DNA of 64,000 bases from Lytechinus pictus (taxonomy: Eukaryota): positions 26,848,001 through 26,912,000 of the forward strand of contig NC_087245.1 in the NCBI RefSeq assembly GCF_037042905.1. Reading direction: 5' to 3'. The position numbers were made by a program, and so were the translations under genes. The notes below the pieces were generated by a model. It had not been told where the DNA came from. It worked only from the letters and a program-made list of their open reading frames with translations, and searched no databases. Of this stretch, positions 55,001 through 64,000 are shown in pieces (the stretch's first letter is position 1; every line of letters starts with the position of its first letter).

Positions 55001-58000
55001 ACTTGGAGAACACAATTTTAATAATATAATTATTTTATACCTATGGTAGCCACTTGCGCCCTTATGAACTGTCCTCCCAGCAGACCTTGTATAACATGAA
55101 TTAGATTACCCTTTTCCATTTTTATTACGTCGAGCGCCCGGCTAGACGGTCCAATCTTTAAAGTTCTTTAGTTTGGCTCGACCGGGGATCGAAGCCCAAC
55201 CTCCCATTAAAGAGACGAGCGCTCTACCACTGAGCCACCTTGATTTCCTTTGGTTTCAACAGGTGAGGTGTCGATATACCTTCAGGCATTAGATGAACCC
55301 GTCTATGATCTCCAGATACCCCCTGGGGACTTCACGTTTCTGTTTTCAGCACTCGTAACAGACGCAGCCTTCATGTTTTTCACATCGGAACCAAGATATC
55401 AGCAAGGAGTAGGATACCAATTATGTAAGTAATTCTAATAGACATTCACCAAATCAATGGATATATATCAGAGTCGGCTGATTTTTTTGTAACTTTTTCG
55501 CCCTGAGGTTATCGAGATAAACAATAATACCTTTTGTGTCAGAAATCTTTGGTTCATACAAAGTTGGCATTGCATCCTACAATAATTTCTAGTAATGTTC
55601 GTTCTCATTCGTGTGTTAGGGGGTGTGTGTATCTGCGTATGCTGGTGAAATCTTGGTTTGGGTCAGATATTAGCTTCACATTTGAAACATGATCTGAAAC
55701 TGATCAAGTAGATGCCCCTGACTCCCTCCTATCAGCAAAGACAAACACGTGTGTGTGGAATATTATTGTCCTTTCATTATATAGCACTAAGTGAGCATAA
55801 GGAGAGATGAGAAAAAAAAACTAATTACAGAAGTGATTTATGACGTACTGTCATGAAAAGCAGTGCATATATAGGACAAATCTGATTTGATATCATTTGA
55901 TATTTTGGATTACTAAAAGCTTTCATGAACAGTGACAGTATGGGCACCAGTCGTGTAGATGTTTCTTACAACGGTGTGGCCATCGCTTCTTACTCGGGAA
56001 ACCGCCTCAGCCTCGGTGACCGCGCCTACCTATTTGCCAAGTTGGTCGATTCAACACTCTGTATTGGAATCAGCGGGGAGGACACACCCCTGCTCCATCT
56101 GTCCCAGGTCGACGTTGGGAGTCTGAAGTACATCGGTCTCCAGCGGGTCACCACCGGCATAGACCTGTGGACGTTCTTTGGTCTTAAGTATATTGGAGAA
56201 GATGGTAAGTGTCCAATATATTACAGTCCTACGACATGTACAAATTATTATCACGTCGGTCCTATAAATAAATCAACTTGTTCGAAAGAAAATATGTTTT
56301 ACTGCTATGCCCATATGAATATTATGGTCCATTTTATCCTCTTCTTTTATTATAGTTATTATAGTAATAATGATGATGATAATAATAATAATAACGTCAT
56401 ATTTTACCCAGGGTAGCCAGCCACACCTGTCCCTAAACTGTTCTCCCCGCGGGCCCTGACTATTGATATTATTATTACGCGAAGTGCATATAAACAGACA
56501 ATGCTGGGGCATTTCGTCTATTTCATACACTAATCTCTGTAGGGTCTACATGTATATAATAATAATAATAATGTGTAGAGTGCTCAAGGCGCATAAAGAG
56601 CTAAGAGTTAAATAAAAAAGTTTTTAGAAGATTTTTGAAAGTATCGACAGAGGTACATTTTTTATGTCTTCAGGAAGGCTATTCCACAAAGTGGGGCATG
56701 CAAAAGCAAATGATCTTTCCCACCAGGTTTTTGAAACTTTTGGAACAACAAGGAAGCCAGAGGTGGATGAGCGCAAAGACCTGCTTGGTCTGTAGTAATT
56801 GATAAATGAAAGACTGTATTGTGGTGCTGATCCAAGAATACTATGAAAAGCAAGCAACAAAATCTTAAAGATAATCCGTTTTTTGATAGGGAGCCAGTGC
56901 AGTGAATTCAAGATGGGAGTGATATGAGAGCGTTTATTTGACAAAGTGACGATGCGAGCAGCTGCATTCTGAAGCTTCTTAAGCTTATATAACCGAGCCT
57001 GCGGTAAATTAAACAAAAGGACATTACAGAAATCAAGGCGGGAGGAAATCAAGGCATGTAAATCTTTTCGGTCGCAGACTTAGATAAATATTTCCGGATA
57101 AATCCTAGGTTACGAAGATGGTACCGAACTGATTTACATTTATTTGAGATTTGGGAAGACATTGTCATATAATTATGTGAATCAAAAGTTACTCCAAGAT
57201 TACGGCAAGTCTGAGGCAATTGAATTGTGTGGCCAGAAAATGAAAAGGAGTTGACATCAATTTTGTTGAGCTGCACTTTAGAGCCAAACATAAGAAATTC
57301 ACACTTATCTAGATTCAGTTTCAAGGAATGAGTTTGCATCCAGTCGTGAACATCAATCATACATGATTGAAGACGACGAATAGCATTATCAGCTGCTTGC
57401 TGAGTTGAATCAAAAGAAATCATAAGTTGAATATCATCAGCGTAAATATGGTAGTCAATTCCGTAACGGAGCATCACTTGCCGCAATCTAATCAGATAAA
57501 TTGAGAAAAGGGTCGGTCCGCCCACAGAGCCCTGCAGTACACCATGGGTCATATACCATTTCTTGAAGTACAAAGGCCAAAGGTGTGTATGGTATTAATT
57601 CATAGCTATATAGGGGCCTAAATGCGGATATGATAATTCAATTCATGGGAACAAGAATCTTTACAATATAAAAATCATTGTATTTTCTTGCATGCATTTC
57701 TATGATAAGGCCATGATGACCGAGTTCTGATCACTGACAAACCCGGACTAACTGGAGACCCGGTGATCACTCAAACACCTCCTCCAGAAGGCAATGCGAC
57801 GTTGGTAAACGGTTCTTCCGGCGGTGGTCAAGCGGTGGAGACAGGCATTAATGCAGGTGGTGGCGAAGGTGCAGTTCCTGCTGTTCAGCCACCGAACTAC
57901 GACAAACCTATAGAAATGTCAGGTGATTGCTTTCAAATATTTATAAGGAAATCAATAAGGTTTACCAAAATAAGTTGGCCTGTGAATATTGATATGGTTA

Positions 58001-61000
58001 GAAACATGATTAAGGTTGTTTGCCTTGAACTTTTAGCGACATTAGTGTGAAGACCGAATAAGAAATTCAATTGAAATGAGAAGATTCCATATAAGGCTCG
58101 GTTCTGTTCATATATCGTTGCAGGCAATGTGTTGAATGTAACGACAGACGGAACGGCAGGCTATGTGAACAAGATTGGACCTCTAGATCAAACGACTGGG
58201 AGTCGAGGCCAGTTTGCAGTCAAAGCTGATAAGAATGTTGCAGTGGCTCTCATCTCGCATAATGGATCTGATTCGGACTACTATGAAATACGTTAGTATT
58301 TAAAATAAGCAGCATATTATCAAATTTTCAGTCAGGGAAACACTTAACACCTCTTCAACAGGTTTACAAGCCCGCTATCCATCATGAATTACTTGTTCCT
58401 TTCAATATACAATTTTATAGATATACACTGTTTAAAGTTGCGCATCAGGTGGTTTTTCCTCTTTCCTCTTTAAATTATTTAATATTTTTTAAAAAAGCTG
58501 ACAATGTGAACTTTGTCAATAATACTACGACTAAGTGACCGTATTAACAAAACTGTTAGCTGTAACACCAGATAAATTCTATACCAGTGCACAAATGAGA
58601 GATGTCAGTATGTTATAATTATTAGCTCTGAAATGTTTAGTAATATTAAAAAAAAATTAATAACCGAGTTTCATTACACAATGCACGTCTCCTCAAAGAA
58701 ATAATAACTGAGACATACTTTGCACCTGGGGAAGGGATATCGGTATATACGAACTTTAACCCTTAATTCATCTGCTGTAATCTTCAAAGGGCTCTGCAGT
58801 CTTTCTCGAAGGTGAATTGATCATAATATAAATTCTGACCTTTAGTATAGTCAGCGGAATAATCTTCATTATATCAACGTTAGTTTATTTGTGTTATTAC
58901 CTTTCCATGATTTAAAAATTTGTAGCTTGCAATGATATTCTTAAGTGTGTGAACCGCTTTTATTTCGTCAGTAATTGGTACCGAAGAAAACTTGAAAACT
59001 GAATTGAAGAGATGCCTTGAATCTGTATGTTATACTGTACTAAGCGAAGACACCCCATATGTTCTGAAATCTATCAAGAAAACACTCTTTTTCATCGAAG
59101 TAATTCCTGCCATCGATGGCTCATTGAAGGTAAGATTTTACTTAACCGTTACATCAAATATCAATAATGTAGATTTAGGCATTGTCCTATCAGTCAAATG
59201 TTTTGTGAACCAAGAGGTTTATTAAGTGGTATTAGAGATTTATTTTTCACTGGTGAGATCGACCTTTAAAAAAAATTGGTATGTTTACATCTTCTGAAGA
59301 TAAGTTTTTTTTCATATAAAGCATGATACATGATATAAAATTAATGATTGGAAATGATAGATATACACCTATATCAATAAAAAGAAAGGTTGAAATCGTA
59401 CCTTGAAATTCTGTTATCCTTTATGGCTCTAATAAAAAAAAGACATCTCAAGCAAAATGAAACTCCAGGTTACTATCTTCAGTAGATGAGTCCAACTTGT
59501 TTGACAAAAGGAAACCGTGTTTATTACTATCTACTAAAGATGATTTCCCACTATTATTGGAGACCGCGCATGACTGTTAATTTAAAAAACATTTCCAAGT
59601 TAAACTGTTCTTTGAGAGAATTAATGTATCGACCATTTCTTCGTTTTATTAGAATTTATTAGAATTGATAAGGGTAAATATTTATACTTGTATCACTATG
59701 TCCATATCTTATAGAGATAAGATTTGTTCATCTTGGTAACCAGACGCTTGTTTTTTTGCAAATAATTTTCTGTGTTTCAATGCAGACACTTTGGTATAAA
59801 AAGAGGGGGTATCATTATTTTAATTCAAACTATGGATAGCACATTGACACACAAATCTCCAACATTAAGAGTTCAATAATCAGCTCATTATCATCCAAAT
59901 CATTCATAACAGGGAATAATAACTAAAAATATGTTATCCACCATGGTGGCATATGGAAAGAACACGAAAGACATAGACGATAGAATATAATAAAATTTAA
60001 TAATAACATTCTCGGCTTCCCAAAATTTTAACACGGAGGTAGACCATGGTCTAAGTTAAACTTAACCTGTAGAATATAGGTTTGAGGTGAGGTCTATGGC
60101 AAAGAACGATGTTCAGATGAGAGCAATAGCCGCTGCGGAAATTTCATGACATCGGAACTTTTGATTTATTAGATCCGTCTGGGGAAAGGAGACGTGTTGG
60201 ATACTGAAAGCATTACGTTGCTGTCTTATGAAGATTCGGAACCTCTCAAGATTGAGTATGTGGGAATCCGAACATACGGCGTGTTAGGCGATTGGACCAT
60301 TCACCACAAGCTTCTACTACCAGGTATATTTCTACGTCATCTATGGAACTCCCTCCCATCTTCTCTTCTTCAACCAGACAAATTTGAGCCCCTTTTAAAT
60401 CAAAGGGTCAAAGAATTATCCCATCATAGTTACGTCCATTGACACATTGGTTCTGATTGGCCACTGAGCCTCATACCATAGGTAGTTGTTCTTATGACGA
60501 AGTTACTATGATCTCTGTGATCTGAAATTTGTTGACTCATCTATTTGTATGGAAAAAATGGGCCAAAAAGTTTCGCATCCCCTTGATATTCGAATGCTAC
60601 CTCTTTTCGAAAGATCTGTGCCTTTAGATGTCGTAAATAGCATCATAAATGCTGAGAGCAATTGTTATCATTGTCAGTCACCCTCATCAATATCAAACTC
60701 ATCACCAACATAAATGCAAACTATACGTTAGGACGTCAAATCTGTTGGTACAGTACTGTACAATCAATCTAGAACAAATGCCTGATAACATCCCCTACCT
60801 ACTTCTAGCGTCTACTTCATCATGATTGTATACTTGCTGCCCCCGAATGAGAAAAAAAGGTAAAATAAAATCCATTCCCTTATAACTTACAGAGGATCTG
60901 ACCAATTTCCAGACGGAGACAGGTGGTGATTTTCAGTATCATCCCCTGCTTCATCACGAGAAGACATTAACGAATGCCGCGAAACCAAAGGGTGTGTCAC

Positions 61001-63901
61001 GCTTTGAGTTTGGTGTTATATCACATTCTCAGGTCATTCTCTCACTTTCTGCGGATCGCACGGATCAACATGATCGATATGAAATACGTGAGTATAACAT
61101 TTAATTTGGAACGACATTAAGCTTTTACTGAAATCAATTATGCCGCACGTAATTTTTAACACTTGGTCATCGACACATTAAATTCCCTTTATAGTAAACG
61201 TTTAAAACACATTCTTCCAAAGGTATTGGCGCTGATGGCAACACTAAACTAAGCCTTTATCGGTGCGAGGCAATGAACTGTACCCTTCTGGAAACAGCTC
61301 TGGAATACGGGGTGTTGAAACTGAGACAGCTAACGGCGTTTTTCTTAGAGCTCAGTTCGGTCAATGGTGGCGCCCTCTTCATCAGTTTAGGAAAGCTTGG
61401 TGGCATCGACATGATGGACAGGAGGTTGTTGTTGTATACCATCCAAGACCCATTGCAGGTGGCTATGGTGGGATTCCGTACACCAAACTCCGCCGGTTAC
61501 TGGGTTATCAACCAATTCATCCGATACGATTGTAAGTAGTAGGCAAAGAAATTTAAATCTGTAGAATGCTCTAGGGAACAGTTTAAATAATACCATGCCA
61601 TATTTAATATGACGATTATGTGACTACCTAATATACAGGCGGATATCTTGTGAGATTTCGTAAGGCAACACCGAAATAAATATAAGATTTATCTTTTATG
61701 TTGACTGGTATGTTGACTTAGACTTATATACTATTCCTTGAGCCTTGTTACTTAAGAAATTGCAGTTGGTTCGGTGTGCACCAAATCATAGATGTTCTCA
61801 GGTCTTAAATCAGTTGGTACCATAATGCGGATAAATCCACAGTACGAACCGTGGTACTTCCCCTCATCACATTCTCACCAAGACTGTCGCATGAATTGAG
61901 TACAGCAAGGAAAGAAGGAACAAAAAAAAGTCTAAAGGGGGAAACCTCTCTAGCCAGAAACTAGTCGAAAGAGAGTCAGTCATTCAGTATGCTTTCAATT
62001 TGTTTGGAGTAGTTTGACTCGGTACGGAGTCAGTTTTGAGATATGGCTGATATGTTGCTAAATATCCAAAGTAAAATTGCTGATTCGCATATAGTGATTT
62101 CCTAAATTACTGCCTATACCTTGCGTTAAAACTCACAGGTCAAGTTCCTGAAGCGGGAACCATAAGATGGCCCTGGTAGGATCGCGTTCCCTGCTAATTG
62201 AAGAATTTTTACCTCCCTGATATACATAATATTAAATGGAGTACTCTTGTTGCTTCGTAACGCTGATGCTACTTTAATCCACAGCTGCGACATCGAAGTT
62301 TATTACTCAACAAAGTCAACACTATGTTTACCAACTGGGTCCATTTGCAGCCGCAGATGAAGCAAGGATCGATTTCTCCATCCAGTCTGCTTGCGAGGCC
62401 GAAATCGTTTTTAAAGCTACAACAACAGCTGTCTCGGATAATTATACACTTGGTATGAAACTATTAGTAAAATATTCAAGTCTCATAAAGGCAATGTTAC
62501 TCCTTTGATTACGTTTTCGAAGTGAGTGATCGTGAACATTATGGTGTTTTTATTAGAAGTATGTTAACTGATACAATGTATAATTTCATTAATTCATGAT
62601 ATTATAAGAATAATCGAATATTGTATTTCCTTGTTTGAGACGATCATCATGTTCCACGGCTACCTTTATCACTGTCCTAAATCAATTTCAAACCGTACAT
62701 CGTCCATGTAACCCCCCCCCCCTCCTTTCTAGCCTTACCAAATTTACGCTCTATAGTGTTGATGAACTGTCACGATTATAGTTTGGAAATTTAAATGAAT
62801 ATATACCGTTTATCAATAGACAAGCCAGGAGTGCACATTTACACAGTCATACCTTTACCATAGGTTTGTATGTCATTAAGACCAAGAACAGCTTATCTCC
62901 TGTCTATCATTCTGACTTGAGTGATTCACATGTGAGAATTTAACCACCACCTAACAACATCGAGTGCTGGAAAAGGATAGGACTACTGTGGGGTTTCACT
63001 GTTCATGCTGAAATGATGTTTGAGTAAAGTTTGTTTGTCTTTGTTTCAGAAAAAAATGTGTCTTTTTCTAAGTTCCCTTATAAATTATGTAAGTGGAATT
63101 TGATAAACGTTTCCGTTTTAGTTAATCATGTACACTTTGGGAATCGGGTGTGATATCAAACTCGGAGTCGAATCCACAACCTTATTATTTGCCAAAATCC
63201 CGACTCTCTTGTTATTGTTAAATCATAGCAATCGGTACTGACAACAACCAAATGACGATCATCACTAAGTGCGTATCGTCAAGGTGTAATCAGCTTCACG
63301 TCATCCAGACCCCGGATATTCTCAGCTCCTTATTTCCCGCCTTTTTCTACATCAATATCATCTTTAAGGATGGGACGTTGTCGGCGAGAATAGGGAAAGC
63401 TAGTCTTGCTGGCAGCCTTCGGTCAGATGGATCCGCGCTCGTGGTGTTTGAAGATCTGGAACCGCTCCATGTTATGTATGCTGGATTCAGGACGACAAAG
63501 TGTTCTGGCGTTTGGACCTCATCAAAACAAATCATCTCAAAACCAGGTATATACTGACGTATTCACTGAATTCAGAATGTATGTTGGTACTTTGGCCTCT
63601 TTTATTCCAATTGGTCGAAGTGTAATCATCATTACACATTGAATCAAAGTGCACTGATTATTGTCTGATGTTCAGATAAAGAAGTCATTGAAACTGCAGG
63701 TAGTAATGAAATAAAAGTCTTTTGAATAAATTGTCACATTGTCTTTCATCCAAATGTTGTGTTTTGCAGAAGTTACCACTACAGCCAAGGCAGTGAAACA
63801 ACCCACATCTCAAGTAGTTCCACAGCCGGGTCCCACTGAGAATGGGTCCAATCAATCTGCTGCAGCTTTGACAGCGCCCTCTGCGCTGGAAGAAGAACCA
63901 A
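35006..63901 (+). CDS. Large secretory-pathway protein with at least 8 tandem FAMeT-like (Methyltransf_FA) domains; continues past window. Exons 35006-35060, 36126-36320, 36945-37211, 37674-37832, 39684-39971, 40617-40664, 47115-47276, 47556-47679, 48405-48562, 50525-50713, 51195-51367, 54342-54444, 55263-55424, 55920-56204, 57710-57922, 58124-58291, 58972-59129, 60173-60323, 60893-61087, 61223-61531, 62285-62452, 63229-63546, 63770-63901
   Basis: Signal-peptide exon [18 protein letters not shown]. Domain 1 reads [73 protein letters not shown]. All 23 exons are GT-AG and join in one open frame (4180 nt). Some acceptors (39684, 55920, 57710) are weak AAG sites. Confidence 0.85.
35330..35725. 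repeat. Tandem duplication (~189-bp period) containing (CAT)n microsatellite, intron 1
   Basis: CTCATTAATTGATTGATTAGTTGGTTGA occurs twice, 189 bp apart. Confidence 0.8.
38322..39155. mobile_element. Tc1/mariner-pogo type MITE
   Basis: TA-GGGGAAGGCGGGGTAAGTTG ... CAACTTACCCCGCCTTCCCC-TA. Confidence 0.85.
41023..43817 (+). mobile_element. L2-clade LINE, 5'-truncated within the APE domain, remaining ORF2 open
   Basis: [51 protein letters not shown]2-type 3' end AAGCGCCTTGAG...GGCGCTATATAAAT plus (TAT)n tail. Confidence 0.93.
43818..45490 (-). mobile_element. Degraded L2-clade LINE (RT and 3' end), tail-to-tail with the previous element
   Basis: [46 protein letters not shown]; frameshifts between the two ORFs. 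Confidence 0.88.
45934..46919. mobile_element. Tc1/mariner-type non-autonomous element
   Basis: TA-CAGTGCGTATCAAAAAAAAGTTTACACTTTGAAAAA ... TTTTTCAAAGTGTAAACTTTTTTTGATACGCACTG-TA. Confidence 0.88.
48715..49936. mobile_element. hAT-type MITE carrying an extra ~340-bp insert in its (TA)n
   Basis: TIRs CAGGGGCGTCTATCC / GGATCGACGCCTCTG; imperfect TSD ATTTACAC/ACCTACAC; colinear with 51859-52750 apart from 48868-49207. Confidence 0.8.
49038..49109 (+). tRNA. tRNA-like cloverleaf, anticodon TCA (49071-49073); probably repeat-borne or pseudo-tRNA
   Basis: Acceptor ATCTCTG/CAGAGAC, D arm GTCT/AGGC, anticodon arm CCGGC-GTTCAAA-GCTGG, 4-nt variable loop, T arm CCGGG-TTCGATT-CCCGG, then T6. Confidence 0.55.
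51826..53338. mobile_element. Old Harbinger-like non-autonomous element hosting a hAT MITE
   Basis: TTA flanks; imperfect TIRs GGCCCCTTTTACACCTT / AAGATGTAGAATGGGCT; many internal CCGTGT motifs. Confidence 0.5.
51859..52750. mobile_element. hAT-type MITE
   Basis: TIR TAGGGGCGTCGATCC / GGATCGACGCCTCTG; perfect TSD CCGCATTG. Confidence 0.9.
53437..53860 (-). mobile_element. CR1-group LINE 3' fragment
   Basis: [21 protein letters not shown] resembles the ORF2 C-terminal motif. Confidence 0.6.
55125..55240 (-). mobile_element. tRNA-derived SINE 5' fragment
   Basis: Minus strand GGTGGCTCAGTGGTAGAGCG...CTTCGATCCCCGGTCGAG, followed by body sequence. Confidence 0.65.
56555..57555 (-). mobile_element. 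Degraded L2 LINE 3' fragment related to 41023-43817
   Basis: [37 protein letters not shown]; frameshift near 57050; (TAA)n tail. Confidence 0.88.
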
Positions 63902-64000
63902 GTAAGTAACTAACTAAATGATCTATGTGGGTTTATTTTTTCAGTCATCGTTAATAAAATATGTATATAAGCATCTCTTCATCGATATTCACTTTATATT

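Noticed and set aside
19238..63901. P450 plus FAMeT as a methyl-farnesoate/juvenile-hormone gene cluster
   Set aside because: The FAMeT domain name is historical and it lacks a SAM fold; the protein is a secretory array and the P450 lacks monooxygenase residues. Adjacency alone is not evidence.

Overview
Intron-rich, repeat-rich animal DNA. It is probably sea urchin or another echinoderm, inferred only from repeat families (GCGAGCGCGAAGCGCGAGC motifs, G-run MITEs). 1-11.3 kb is a transposon nest. A dead hAT transposase gene is interrupted by a two-gene PIF/Harbinger element and by a Penelope retroelement (GIY-YIG domain, minimal hammerhead ribozyme in its 3' end). These in turn carry a Harbinger MITE and two near-identical 1.18-kb TIR elements. 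14.9-18.8 kb is a tandemly amplified LINE 3' fragment plus an E-box block. 19238-30659 is an intact 6-exon, ~515-aa cytochrome P450 that looks atypical. It has a signal-peptide-like N-terminus, an acidic S-x-E segment, five N-glycosylation sequons and no I-helix acid/Thr pair, so it is a candidate secreted, reductase-independent P450. From 35006 to the window end is a gene with at least 23 exons (~1390 aa so far), encoding a signal peptide and at least eight tandem FAMeT-like (Methyltransf_FA) domains. Its introns contain L2 LINEs, MITEs, SINEs and a complete tRNA-like cloverleaf with a UCA anticodon. Exons, motifs and structures were read by eye; no searches were run.
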